Shown one piece after another: positions 54,762 through 64,000 of a stretch of 64,000 bases of DNA. Made by a program: the position numbers and the translations under genes. The DNA is from Chloroflexota bacterium. GTDB lineage: Bacteria > Chloroflexota > Dormibacteria > CF-121. Positions within the stretch are counted from its first letter, which is position 1. Each line of letters opens with the position of its first letter. The stretch lies in assembly GCA_005880615.1 (NCBI GenBank), contig VBID01000114.1, positions 93,324-157,323 on the forward strand, in the 5' to 3' direction. The notes beneath the pieces were generated by a model. The model was given only the letters and a program-made list of their open reading frames with translations. It searched no databases and was not told the origin of the DNA.

Positions 54762-56990
54762 GTGAAGCAAACGCAATTACAAATTGGCGGACGGACGCTG
54801 ACGATAGACACCGGTCGAATGGCTGGCCAGGCCAGTGGCGCCGTCCTCATTCGCATGGGAGACACCGTGCTCCTCGTCACCGCCACCATGTCGGAATCGC
54901 CGCGTGAGGGCATCGACTTTTTCCCGCTGACCTGTGACTACGAAGAGAAGCTGTACGCCGCCGGCAAGATCCCCGGTGGCTTCATCCGCCGGGAGGGCCG
55001 GCCCAGCGAAACAGCCGTCCTCAACAGCCGGCTGATCGACCGGCCGGTGCGTCCGCTGTTTCCCAAGGACTTCCGTAACGACGTCCAGGTGATCGCGACC
55101 GTGCTCTCGGTCGACCAGGATGCTGACCCGGCCACCATGGCCATCGTGGGCGCCTCGACCGCGCTGACCATCTCCAAGATCCCCTTCCTGGGGCCGATCG
55201 GTGCCGTGCGGATGGGGCTGCTCGAGGGCGAGTTGGTGGTCAACCCACCGGTGAACCGGATGGAGGAGAGTCAGCTGGACCTTGTGGTGACCGGCACCCG
55301 GGAGGCCATCATCATGGTCGAGGCGGGGGCCAAGGAGGTTCCCGAGGACACCGTGGTCGAGGCCATGCGGCGGGCGCATGGCGAGATCGTGCGCCTGTGC
55401 GACCTGCAGGAGGCCTTCGCCCGCGAGGTGGGGACGCCCAAGGTCCAGGTGACACCGGCGGTGGTCGATGCCGAAGTGGACCAGGCGGTCGACCAGTACC
55501 TGGCCGAGCGCCTGGATGCCGCCCTGTTCAACCCCAGCAAGAGCCTGCGCGAGTCGGCGCTGGATGATCTGAAGAAGGAGACGGTCGCCGAGCTCTCCCC
55601 GCGCTTTGCCGACCGGCTGACCCAGGTGGCCAAGGCCTTCGACGCCAAGGTCAAGCAGCGGGTCCGCCAGAAAATCCTGGACGACGGCATGCGCCCCGAC
55701 GGCCGGCAGACGACCGAGATCCGGCCCATCAGCTGCGAGGTGGGACTCCTGCCCCGGACCCACGGCTCGGCGCTGTTCACGCGGGGCCAGACCCAGGTGC
55801 TGAGCATCGTGACGCTGGGGTCGATCGGGGACAAGCAGAAGCTCGACGGCCTGGGCCTGGAAGAGTCCAAGCGCTTCATGCACCACTACAATTTCCCGCC
55901 GTTCAGCGTGGGCGAGGTGCGGCCGCTGCGGTCTCCCGGCCGCCGGGAGATCGGGCACGGGGCGCTCGCCGAGCGCGCTCTGACCGCGGTCATCCCCACA
56001 GAAGTGGATTTCCCCTACACCATTCGCCTCGTGAGCGAAACGCTGTCGTCCAACGGCTCGACCTCGATGGCCAGCACCTGCGGCGCCAGCCTGGCGCTGA
56101 TGGATGCGGGCGTCCCCACCAAGTCCCAGGTGGCGGGCATCGCCATGGGCCTGATCACCGGGGAGGGCGGCCGGTCCGCCATTCTGAGCGACATCCAGGG
56201 CGTCGAGGACGCGCTGGGTGACATGGACTTCAAGGTTGCCGGCACGGCGACGGGCATTACGGCGCTGCAGATGGACATGAAGGTCAAGGGCATCAGCATC
56301 GAGCTGATCGGCCGGGCCCTGGCGCAGGCCCGCGAGGGGCGGATGTTCATCATGGACAAGATGAACGCCACGCTGGGCAGCCCGCGGACCACCATGTCGG
56401 CCTACGCTCCGCGCATGGTCACCATCCAGATCCATCCCGACAAGATCCGGGAAGTAATCGGTCCCGGAGGCAAGACGATCCGCAAGATCATCGAGGAGAC
56501 CGGGGTCTCCATCGACGTGGAGGATGACGGCCGCGTGATCATCGGGTCGGTCAACGGCGAGGCCTCCGACAAGGCCATCCAGATGATCCGGGACCTCACC
56601 GGCGAAGTCGAGGTCGGCAAGAACTACAAGGGCAAGGTGGTCCGGATCATGCCGTTCGGGGCGTTCGTCCAGATCATGCCCAACACCGACGGCCTGGTGC
56701 ACATCAGCCAGCTGGCGGAGGAGCGGGTGGAGCGGGTGGAGGACGCGGTCCAGGTGGGCCAGGAGATCGAGGTCAAGGTGACCGAAGTCGACAGCCAGGG
56801 CCGCATCAACCTGTCGCGCAAAGCCGTGCTGCAGGAGGCCAAGGGCATCACCGGGGACTGGGTCGTCAGTGCCAGCGATCGGCGGCGTCCAATCGGTGGT
56901 GGGACGGACGGAGGGGCAGGCGGCGGTGGCTACCGCGATCGGGGCCCGCGGCGGGAGTTCGACCGGAGCGGGAACCGGGGCCGGCGCTAG
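54762..56990 (+). CDS. pnp: Polynucleotide phosphorylase
   Basis: Two RNase PH domains, KH ([15 protein letters not shown]) and S1 domains, and an RGG-rich C-terminal tail. GTG 54762 after GGAGGG. Confidence 0.9.
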   Translation: MKQTQLQIGGRTLTIDTGRMAGQASGAVLIRMGDTVLLVTATMSESPREGIDFFPLTCDYEEKLYAAGKIPGGFIRREGRPSETAVLNSRLIDRPVRPLFPKDFRNDVQVIATVLSVDQDADPATMAIVGASTALTISKIPFLGPIGAVRMGLLEGELVVNPPVNRMEESQLDLVVTGTREAIIMVEAGAKEVPEDTVVEAMRRAHGEIVRLCDLQEAFAREVGTPKVQVTPAVVDAEVDQAVDQYLAERLDAALFNPSKSLRESALDDLKKETVAELSPRFADRLTQVAKAFDAKVKQRVRQKILDDGMRPDGRQTTEIRPISCEVGLLPRTHGSALFTRGQTQVLSIVTLGSIGDKQKLDGLGLEESKRFMHHYNFPPFSVGEVRPLRSPGRREIGHGALAERALTAVIPTEVDFPYTIRLVSETLSSNGSTSMASTCGASLALMDAGVPTKSQVAGIAMGLITGEGGRSAILSDIQGVEDALGDMDFKVAGTATGITALQMDMKVKGISIELIGRALAQAREGRMFIMDKMNATLGSPRTTMSAYAPRMVTIQIHPDKIREVIGPGGKTIRKIIEETGVSIDVEDDGRVIIGSVNGEASDKAIQMIRDLTGEVEVGKNYKGKVVRIMPFGAFVQIMPNTDGLVHISQLAEERVERVEDAVQVGQEIEVKVTEVDSQGRINLSRKAVLQEAKGITGDWVVSASDRRRPIGGGTDGGAGGGGYRDRGPRREFDRSGNRGRR

Positions 56991-57077
56991 ACCTTAGCCC
57001 GGATCCGGGCTTAAGTTTCGGCAGATCGAGGCGGCGTCGGGCCATGAGCCGCGCCGCCTCTGGCTCCAAAATTCGCT

Positions 57078-57755
57078 GTGCCGGCGACGGCTGGCGGCCT
57101 TATACTTTCCGGCGGCTTGGTTTCCTTTCCGGATCTGGCGGCGCTCGGCGAGGCGGTGCATGACTGCCGGCGCTGCGCCCTCGGGTCGAGCCGAACCCAC
57201 GCCGTCCCCGGGGTCGGGCCCCGGAACGCCCGGATCGTGATCGTGGGCGAAGCCCCGGGCCAGATGGAGGACCAGCAGGGCGAACCTTTCGTGGGCGCTG
57301 CCGGCAAGCTCCTGGATCAGCTGCTGCGGGGCATCGGGCTGTCGCGGGCTGAGGTCTTCATCACCAACGTGCTGAAATGCCGGCCTCCCGGTAACCGCGA
57401 TCCTCTGCCGGAGGAAGCCCAGGCCTGCGCCCCCTACCTGGACCAACAGCTGGCCCTGATCAAGCCGGAGGTCGTCCTCATCCTGGGGCGGCACGCCCTG
57501 GCCCGGCTCCTGCCCGGGCATGATTCGATCTCCCGGGTGCACGGTCGCGTACTCTTCAAGAATGCGACCGCCTATATCCCGATTTACCATCCGGCGGCGG
57601 CCCTGTACAACAGTTTCCTGATGCAGACCCTCGAGCAGGACTTCCAGGCGGTTCGCACCTATCTCGACCGGGCGGCCCGGCAGCCGGCCCCGGTCCCGGC
57701 GGCATCGGCCGCCGGCGGCACTGACCCGGACCACCAGCTCAGCCTGTTTGGCTAG
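57078..57755 (+). CDS. Uracil-DNA glycosylase, family 4
   Basis: CRRCALGSSRTHAVPGVGPRNARIVIVGEAPGQMEDQQGEPFVGAAGKLL, a 4Fe-4S family 4 UDG. Confidence 0.8.
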   Translation: MPATAGGLILSGGLVSFPDLAALGEAVHDCRRCALGSSRTHAVPGVGPRNARIVIVGEAPGQMEDQQGEPFVGAAGKLLDQLLRGIGLSRAEVFITNVLKCRPPGNRDPLPEEAQACAPYLDQQLALIKPEVVLILGRHALARLLPGHDSISRVHGRVLFKNATAYIPIYHPAAALYNSFLMQTLEQDFQAVRTYLDRAARQPAPVPAASAAGGTDPDHQLSLFG

Positions 57756-57760
57756 CCAGG

Positions 57761-59422
57761 TTGCCTAAGAAGCCGCTGCTGCGGGCCATCCCGCTGGGCG
57801 GGCTGGGCGAGATCGGGCGCAACATGATGGCGCTCGAGTACGACGAGCACATCGTCGTGGTCGATGCTGGGTTGATGTTCCCCGAGGAGGAGATGCTGGG
57901 GGTGGATCTCGTCCTCCCCGACATCACCTACCTGGTGGAGCGCAAGGAGCACGTGCTGGCGTTCCTGCTGACCCACGGCCACGAGGACCACGTCGGGTCG
58001 CTGCCCTACGTGCTGCCCCGGATCAACGCCCCGATCTACGGCACCCGCCTGACCCTGGGGCTGCTGAAGAACAAGCTGCGCGAGCACAAGCTGCTGGATA
58101 GCGCCCAGCTGCACGAGGTCAAGGCCGGCGACCGAATCGAGCTCGGCCCCTTCAAGGTCGAGTTCATCCACGTCGCCCACAGCATCCCGGACGGGGTGGC
58201 GCTGGCCATCGAAACCCCAGCCGGGGTCGTCATCCACACGGGCGACTTCAAGATGGACCAGACCCCGGCCGACGGCGCGCCTACCGACATGGCTCGCCTC
58301 TCCAACTACGGCGATCGGGGGGTGCTGATGCTGATGTCGGACAGCACCAACGCCGAGCGGGAGGGCTTCACCCTCTCCGAACGGGTGGTGGGGGAGGCCT
58401 TCCAGGAGATCTTCGGCCAGTGCCCGGGCCGGATCATCATCTCCACCTTTGCGTCGAACATCTATCGGATCCAGCAAGCCATGCAAACCGCGGCGCGCTA
58501 CAAGCGCAAGGTGGCGGTGGTCGGCCGCTCGATGGTCAACAACGTCGCCATTGCCCAGGAGCTCGGCTACCTCGACATCCCGTCCGACCTGATGGTGAAG
58601 ATCCAGGACATCGGCAAGGAGCCGGACGAACGGCTGGTGATCCTGTCCACCGGAAGCCAGGGCGAGCCGCTCTCGGCGCTGACCCGGATCGCGGCCCAGG
58701 AGCATCCCCAGGTCAAGCTCAAGCCGGGAGACAGCGTCATCCTGTCCGCCAGCCCCATCCCCGGGAATGAAGAGCTGGTGTCGAGAACCATCAACAACTG
58801 CTACAAGCACGGTGCCCGCGTCTTCTACCCGCCGCTGCACCGGGTGCACGCCTCCGGGCACGCTAACTCGGAGGAGCTGAAGCTGATGCTGAACCTGGTG
58901 AAGCCGAAGTTCTTCCTGCCGGTTCACGGCGAGTTCCGACACCTGGCGCACCACGCGGAAATTGCGCACGACGTGGGCATCCCCAAGGAACGAGTGGTGG
59001 TGGTCGATGACGGGAACGTGGTGGAGTTGGACGGGGCGCCCCGCCTACGTAACAAAGTGCCGGCCGGCTACGTCTTCGTCGACGGGCTAGGCGTCGGCGA
59101 CGTGGGTTCGGTGGTGTTGCGCGACCGTCGGGTGCTATCCCAGGACGGCATCTTCATCGTGATCGTGACCGTCAACAAGGACACGGGCCAGCTGGTGGGC
59201 GACCCCGACCTGATCTCCCGCGGCTTCGTGCATCAGCAAACGTCTGACACCCTGCTGGATGCCGCTCGCGATCAGGTGACCAAGACCATCAACAAGCTGG
59301 GCGGGCAGGGTCCCCCCGAATGGCAGGTGGTGAAGAGCGCGGTGCGCGACGCCATGAGCCGGTACCTCTACGAGCAGACCCGGCGGCGCCCCATGATCAT
59401 CCCGATCGTGGTGGAGATCTAG
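57761..59422 (+). CDS. rnj: Ribonuclease J
   Basis: Metallo-beta-lactamase HGHEDHVGSLPYV, beta-CASP and C-terminal domains. TTG start. Confidence 0.9.
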   Translation: MPKKPLLRAIPLGGLGEIGRNMMALEYDEHIVVVDAGLMFPEEEMLGVDLVLPDITYLVERKEHVLAFLLTHGHEDHVGSLPYVLPRINAPIYGTRLTLGLLKNKLREHKLLDSAQLHEVKAGDRIELGPFKVEFIHVAHSIPDGVALAIETPAGVVIHTGDFKMDQTPADGAPTDMARLSNYGDRGVLMLMSDSTNAEREGFTLSERVVGEAFQEIFGQCPGRIIISTFASNIYRIQQAMQTAARYKRKVAVVGRSMVNNVAIAQELGYLDIPSDLMVKIQDIGKEPDERLVILSTGSQGEPLSALTRIAAQEHPQVKLKPGDSVILSASPIPGNEELVSRTINNCYKHGARVFYPPLHRVHASGHANSEELKLMLNLVKPKFFLPVHGEFRHLAHHAEIAHDVGIPKERVVVVDDGNVVELDGAPRLRNKVPAGYVFVDGLGVGDVGSVVLRDRRVLSQDGIFIVIVTVNKDTGQLVGDPDLISRGFVHQQTSDTLLDAARDQVTKTINKLGGQGPPEWQVVKSAVRDAMSRYLYEQTRRRPMIIPIVVEI

Positions 59423-59531
59423 AGGGCTGCCGGCGGCAGCCGTTCGGGATGGGACACCCTGGCTCCCGCTGGTAAAATGCTGCGTAACGTCGTAGCCTCC
59501 GTCGCAGTTCACGTCCTGAAGTGATCCAACC

Positions 59532-61802
59532 ATGAAAACCCGACGCAAACGCGTCACCCGGCGTGCCCGGCGCCCGGCGAGCCGGACGCGGTTCAAGATC
59601 CGGCGCATCCGTGTTCCGTCGCTCAAGGTACCCGCCCGCCAGCAACGGGAACTGGCCGGGCTGGCTGGCCTGCTGGTGGCGGCGCTGATCGCCCTGGCCG
59701 TCTACCTGCCCAGCGGCGGCGGCTCGGCGATGCAGGCCCTCCGACTCGGCCTGGATGGGCTGTTTGGGGTGGGCGTCATCGTCGTCATCCTGGCCGCCCT
59801 GGCGGCCGGCCTGGAGCTGCTGGCGCCCTGGATCGAGACCTTTACCCTGGGCCGTGGCCTGGGGATCGTCCTCTTGCTGGGCGGTGTGCTCGGCCTCCTG
59901 CAGCTGGCCAGTGCCGGCAGCGGTGGGGCGGTTGGCCGGGCGGAGACCGAGGCCCTGCGCGGCTTCCTGGGCACGGCTGGCAGCCTGCTGGTGCTGACCG
60001 CCGTGGTGCTGGGGGCGCTGGTGCTGGCCTTTGACCTGTCCCTCCGCGACCTCGCCGGGCTGATCCGCGAGCGATACGAGGACGCCCAGCACGAGCGGCG
60101 TACCATCTTGGCCGAACGCGCGGTGCGCGGCCGGCCGGTGGTCCGGATCGCGGGTCCGATGGCCCAGCCGCCGCGGGAGGTCGAGGAACCGATGCTGGTT
60201 CCCATCCAGGGGCTGGCCGCAGCCGATCCCGAGCCGCTGGCCCGGGTGGCGCCCCGGCCGAACATCGTCCGCCTTGAACAGGATGCGGAACCGAACAAAG
60301 CCGCGGCGCAGCTCGAGCAGGAACACGCGACAGCTGTGCTGCTCGTGGCGGATGAGGACGATGAGCCGCCCCGCGAGTGGCGGAAGCCCGAGCTGTCCTT
60401 GCTGGACACGGTGACGGTGCGCAAGGAACGGCTGCAGGACGAGATCGTGGCCAACATCAAGACCATCGAGCAGACGCTGCTCAGCTTTGACGTCGAGGCC
60501 AAGGTGATCGGCGTGAACTCGGGCCCGGCGGTGACCCAGTACGAGCTCCAGCCGGCTAAGGGGGTGGCGGTGCGCAAGATCACCGCCCTGCAGAACGATC
60601 TGTCGCTGGCCCTCTCGGCCACGGTCCGCATCCAGGCGCCGATTCCGGGGAGGCCCGCGGTGGGCGTGGAGGTCCCCAACAAGGCGACCAGCCTGGTCAC
60701 GCTGCGCGAGATCATCCAGACGCCGACGTTCCAGGACGACAAGACCCTGCTGTCGCTGGCCATCGGGACCGACGTGAGCGGCAATACCGTGGTCGGCGAC
60801 CTGACCAGGATGCCGCACCTGCTGATCGCGGGGGCCACCGGCTCGGGCAAGAGCGTCTGCATCAACGCGCTGCTGGCGGGCCTGATGTTCCAGGCGACGC
60901 CCGATGAGATGAAGCTGATCCTGATCGACCCCAAGCGGGTGGAGTTCTCCCTGTACCAGGACCTGCCTTACCTGATGGTGCCGGTGGTCACCGAGTCCGA
61001 CCAAGCGGTCGCCTCGTTGCGCTGGGCCGTGATGGAGATGGACAACCGGTACAAGCTGTTCGCCAGCCACACGGTCCGCAACATCGGTGACTTCAACGAG
61101 CGGGCGACCGAGATGGGCCTCCGGCCCCTGCCCTACATCGTGGTCGTCATTGACGAACTGGCTGACCTGATGATGGTGGCGGCCGGCGAGATCGAGGAGC
61201 TGATCTGCCGGATCGCCCAGCTGGCCCGGGCGGTGGGCATCCACCTGCTGGTCGCCACCCAGCGTCCATCGGCGGACATCATCACCGGCCTGATCAAGGC
61301 CAACATCCCATCCCGCATCGCCTTCGCCGTGAGCTCCAGCATCGACTCCCGGGTCATCCTGGACGAGACCGGCGCCGAGAAGTTGCTGGGCCGGGGCGAC
61401 ATGCTCTACCTGCCGGTGGAAGCCAGCAAGGCGACTCGCTTGCAAGGCGTGTTCGTGTCCGAGCGGGAGATCAAGGGCATCGTCGACTTCTGGCGAGCGC
61501 AGGGGAAGCCGCAGTACCAGGAGGAGATCTTCAACGTAGAAGCCACCGTGTCCTGGGCCAAGGAGCAGACCAAGCGCGATCCGCTGTTCGGCAAGGGTGC
61601 CCGGGTGGTGGCCACCGAGGGCCGGGCCTCGGTGTCGCTTCTGCAGCGCAAGCTGAACGTGGGGTACACGCGGGCCGCCCGGATCGTGGACCAGCTGGCC
61701 GAGCAGCGGGTGGTCGGCCCCTACGAGGGCAGCAAGTCGCGCGAGGTCCTCATGAACCTGCTCGAGGTGGACGACCTCGTGCGTGATCTCGACGATTCGT
61801 GA
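59532..61802 (+). CDS. ftsK: DNA translocase FtsK/SpoIIIE
   Basis: N-terminal TM helices, Walker A GATGSGKSVCINALL, gamma (winged-helix) domain at the C-terminus. Confidence 0.9.
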   Translation: MKTRRKRVTRRARRPASRTRFKIRRIRVPSLKVPARQQRELAGLAGLLVAALIALAVYLPSGGGSAMQALRLGLDGLFGVGVIVVILAALAAGLELLAPWIETFTLGRGLGIVLLLGGVLGLLQLASAGSGGAVGRAETEALRGFLGTAGSLLVLTAVVLGALVLAFDLSLRDLAGLIRERYEDAQHERRTILAERAVRGRPVVRIAGPMAQPPREVEEPMLVPIQGLAAADPEPLARVAPRPNIVRLEQDAEPNKAAAQLEQEHATAVLLVADEDDEPPREWRKPELSLLDTVTVRKERLQDEIVANIKTIEQTLLSFDVEAKVIGVNSGPAVTQYELQPAKGVAVRKITALQNDLSLALSATVRIQAPIPGRPAVGVEVPNKATSLVTLREIIQTPTFQDDKTLLSLAIGTDVSGNTVVGDLTRMPHLLIAGATGSGKSVCINALLAGLMFQATPDEMKLILIDPKRVEFSLYQDLPYLMVPVVTESDQAVASLRWAVMEMDNRYKLFASHTVRNIGDFNERATEMGLRPLPYIVVVIDELADLMMVAAGEIEELICRIAQLARAVGIHLLVATQRPSADIITGLIKANIPSRIAFAVSSSIDSRVILDETGAEKLLGRGDMLYLPVEASKATRLQGVFVSEREIKGIVDFWRAQGKPQYQEEIFNVEATVSWAKEQTKRDPLFGKGARVVATEGRASVSLLQRKLNVGYTRAARIVDQLAEQRVVGPYEGSKSREVLMNLLEVDDLVRDLDDS

Positions 61803-61850
61803 CACGCAGCTGTCATGGAGGCGGGGTACCATGATCGGCGTGTTAATCGA

Positions 61851-61890
61851 CACCCCCACCCTGACCCTCTCCCTGAGGGGGAGGGAGAAG
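61851..61890 (+). repeat. GC-rich hairpin repeat (same family as 36455-36575) overlapping the yajQ SD
   Basis: CACCCCCACCCTGACCCTCTCCCTGAGGGGGAGGGAGAAG. The CTCTCCC/GGGGGAG stem has a TGA loop. The 3' arm GGGAGGGAG is the SD for ATG 61893. Confidence 0.5.
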
Positions 61891-61892
61891 TC

Positions 61893-62384
61893 ATGACGCA
61901 GGAGTATTCGTTCGACGTGGTGTCCCAGTACGACCGGCAGGAGCTGGTGAACGCCGTGAACCAGGCCCAGCGGGAGGTGACCACCCGCTACGACTTCAAG
62001 GACGCCGGCGCCTCCATCGCGCTGGGCGACAGCGAACTGGTGCTGGACGGGCCGTCGGAGATGAAGCTCAAGGCCATGGTCGATGTGCTGCAGAGCAAGC
62101 TCGTCCGGCGCAACCTGTCACTCAAGATCCTGAAGATGGGTCCGGTCGAGCCGGCGGCCAAGGGGACGGTCCGGCAGCGGATCGAGCTCCAGGCCGGCAT
62201 CACCGATGAGCTGGCCCGCACCCTGGTCAAACAGATCAAAACGGTCAGTCCCAAGGTCCAGCCCCGGATCCAGGGTGACGCGATTCGCGTCTCCAGCCGG
62301 GAGAAGGACCTGCTGCAGAAGGTCATCCAGTCATTGCGCGAGACCGACGCCCCGGTGCCGCTGCAGTTCATCAACTACCGGTGA
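61893..62384 (+). CDS. yajQ: YajQ-family (UPF0234) nucleotide-binding protein
   Basis: MTQEYSFDVVSQYDRQELVNAVNQAQREVTTRYDFKD. The ORF-track extension back to 61815 runs through the repeat and is rejected. Confidence 0.8.
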   Translation: MTQEYSFDVVSQYDRQELVNAVNQAQREVTTRYDFKDAGASIALGDSELVLDGPSEMKLKAMVDVLQSKLVRRNLSLKILKMGPVEPAAKGTVRQRIELQAGITDELARTLVKQIKTVSPKVQPRIQGDAIRVSSREKDLLQKVIQSLRETDAPVPLQFINYR

Positions 62385-62879
62385 GTGGTGCCCGTAGACC
62401 CCGAGATCTTCGCCCGAGCCGAGCAGGTGGGGGAGAGGCTCCGGCAGCGGGGGTGGTCGGTGGCGGTGGCCGAATCCTGTACCGGCGGCCTGCTGGGGGC
62501 GGCGCTGACCGACGTGCCGGGCAGCTCGCGCTACTTCCTGGGCGGGGTGATCGCCTACGCCGATCGGGTGAAGGTGGAGCAGCTGGCGGTACCGCCCAGC
62601 GTGCTGCGCACCCAGGGCGCCGTGAGCGCGGAGACGGCGGCCGCCATGGCCAGCGGCGTTCGCCAGCTCCTGCGGGCCGACGTCGGGGTGTCGATTACCG
62701 GAGTGGCCGGGCCTGGCGCGGAGGAGGGCAAACCGGCTGGCCTGACCTTCATCGGGGTGGCTGCCCCGCAATCCGCTACGCAGCGCTACGACTGGACCGG
62801 CGACCGGTGGGCCAACCGCCGGCAGTCGGTGATCGCCGCCCTGGATCTCCTGGCCAGGGCCCTCAAGGGCAAGCCTTGA
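62385..62879 (+). CDS. CinA C-terminal domain protein (nicotinamide-nucleotide amidohydrolase PncC-like)
   Basis: VAVAESCTGGLLGAALTDVPGSSRYFLGGVIAYADRVKVEQL. GTG immediately after the yajQ stop. Confidence 0.8.
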   Translation: MVPVDPEIFARAEQVGERLRQRGWSVAVAESCTGGLLGAALTDVPGSSRYFLGGVIAYADRVKVEQLAVPPSVLRTQGAVSAETAAAMASGVRQLLRADVGVSITGVAGPGAEEGKPAGLTFIGVAAPQSATQRYDWTGDRWANRRQSVIAALDLLARALKGKP

Positions 62880-62945
62880 CACTAATACAAATTTGTGGAA
62901 TAGTGACGGGAGCCAGGCCCCGCCGCTGGACCGAAGGGGAAGAGT

Positions 62946-63956
62946 ATGTCGGATAAAGAACGCGCCCTCATCGCCGCCCTGACGCAGATCGAACGGTCCT
63001 ACGGGAAGGGGTCCATCATGCGGCTGGGGGAGGCCGCCGCCCAACGCAATGTGGACATCATCCCGACCGGATCGCTGACCCTGGACATGGCGCTGGGGGT
63101 GGGCGGCATTCCGCGCGGGCGTGTGGTGGAGATCTACGGGCCGGAGTCGTCCGGCAAGACCACCCTGGCGCTGCATGTCATCGCGGAAGCGCAAAAGAAG
63201 GGCGGCGTGGCGGCTTTCATCGATGCCGAGCACGCCCTGGACCCGGTGTACGCGGGGCGGATCGGGGTCAAGACCGAAGATCTCCTGATCTCCCAACCGG
63301 ACACCGGCGAGCAGGCGCTGGAAATTGTCGACGTGCTGGTCCGCTCGGGTGCCGTCGACGTCATCGTGGTGGATTCGGTGGCGGCGCTGGTGCCCAAGGC
63401 CGAGATTGAAGGGGAGATGGGGGACAGCCACGTCGCGCTGCAGGCCCGGCTGATGTCGCAAGCATTGCGCAAGCTGACGGCCGGCATCTCCAAATCCAAC
63501 ACCTCGGTGATCTTCATCAACCAGCTGCGGGAGAAGGTGGGCATCATGTTCGGCAACCCCGAGGTGACGACCGGGGGTCGGGCGCTGAAGTTCTATGCCT
63601 CCATCCGGCTGGACATCCGGCGCATCGACTCCATCAAGAGTGGCCTGGACGTGATCGGCAGCCGGGTCAAGGTCAAGGTGGTCAAGAACAAGGTCGCGCC
63701 GCCATTCAAGGCCGCCGAGTTCGACATTCTCTACAACGAGGGGATCTCCTACTGGGGCAGCGTGCTCGACGCGGCCGTCGACGGCGCCCTGGTCGAGAAG
63801 AGTGGCTCCTGGTTCTCCAGCAACGGCCAGCGACTGGGGCAGGGTCGCGAGCAGACGGTCGCCTTCCTCAAGGCCAATCCCGCGGTGGGGGAGGAGCTGA
63901 TCCAGAAACTCCGGGAGCGGGCGGAGAAGGCGGCCCTGGCGCCGGCGTTGGCGTAA
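62946..63956 (+). CDS. recA: Recombinase RecA
   Basis: Walker [14 protein letters not shown]1/L2 loops, [14 protein letters not shown]. Confidence 0.95.
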   Translation: MSDKERALIAALTQIERSYGKGSIMRLGEAAAQRNVDIIPTGSLTLDMALGVGGIPRGRVVEIYGPESSGKTTLALHVIAEAQKKGGVAAFIDAEHALDPVYAGRIGVKTEDLLISQPDTGEQALEIVDVLVRSGAVDVIVVDSVAALVPKAEIEGEMGDSHVALQARLMSQALRKLTAGISKSNTSVIFINQLREKVGIMFGNPEVTTGGRALKFYASIRLDIRRIDSIKSGLDVIGSRVKVKVVKNKVAPPFKAAEFDILYNEGISYWGSVLDAAVDGALVEKSGSWFSSNGQRLGQGREQTVAFLKANPAVGEELIQKLRERAEKAALAPALA

Positions 63957-64000
63957 GCGCACCCGTAAACCGATCACCCCAATGAGGCAGCGCCGGGTGC

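Noticed and set aside
61815-61892. N-terminal extension of yajQ (MEAGYHDRRVNRHPHPDPLPEGEGEV) and the similar HPHPDPPPEG peptide at 36461
   Set aside because: The shared peptide arises only because both run through the same DNA repeat. The real start is ATG 61893, directly after the SD formed by the repeat's 3' arm.

Overview
This is a high-GC (~66-67%) bacterial chromosomal segment that is almost entirely coding on the + strand and dominated by housekeeping genes. Phylum cannot be assigned from sequence alone; RNase J, YlxR, DHH/NrnA and a short IF2 suggest a Terrabacteria-like lineage (Chloroflexota/Deinococcota-like).

Genes in order:
- dinG (5' partial), a carbon-nitrogen hydrolase and nadE, an ICMT-family methyltransferase, rsmI, metG, tatD, rsmA/ksgA, an MFS transporter.
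- tRNA-Val(GAC), then a small accessory segment: a frameshifted DinB-family pseudogene, an APC permease (-), an atypical receiver-like gene, and a small zinc-ribbon/ribbon-helix-helix (RHH)-like gene with a strong promoter.
- thrS (lacks the N1/TGS domain), a DinB-family gene, peptidase S51 (-), the infC-rpmI-rplT operon with a leader attenuator, pheS-pheT, cvpA, a VOC-family gene, mpg, a nitrilase, class A PBP (-).
- tyrS, yebC-ruvC-ruvA-ruvB, an MFS transporter, queA-tgt, secD-secF, a UBP-type zinc-finger protein, rimP-nusA-ylxR-infB-(unknown)-rbfA-nrnA-truB-ribF, a DAGK-family lipid kinase, a GYD protein, a HAD hydrolase.
- A selenocysteine formate dehydrogenase operon (fdnG with in-frame UGA, then fdhE, fdnH, NrfD-like subunit), a secreted hypothetical, a truncated LLM-class oxidoreductase, rpsO-pnp, UDG family 4, rnj, ftsK, yajQ, cinA C-terminal domain, recA.

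I found no CRISPR array, no transposase/integrase and no obvious multi-gene defence or biosynthetic system. The most unusual signals:
1. A ~195-bp element with terminal inverted repeats (TIRs), MITE-like, in two inverted full copies (13209-13404; 45450-45638) plus a partial copy (21838-21892).
2. A family of GC-rich CCCTCCC-TGA-GGGAGGG hairpins sitting in 5' leaders and overlapping Shine-Dalgarno (SD) sequences.
3. Several conserved N-termini (thrS, infB, infC, ylxR, rpsO, DAGK, MFS) with no in-frame ATG/GTG/TTG but a well-spaced SD in front of ATC/ATT/CTG.
4. The Sec-containing fdnG, which the ORF track splits in two.
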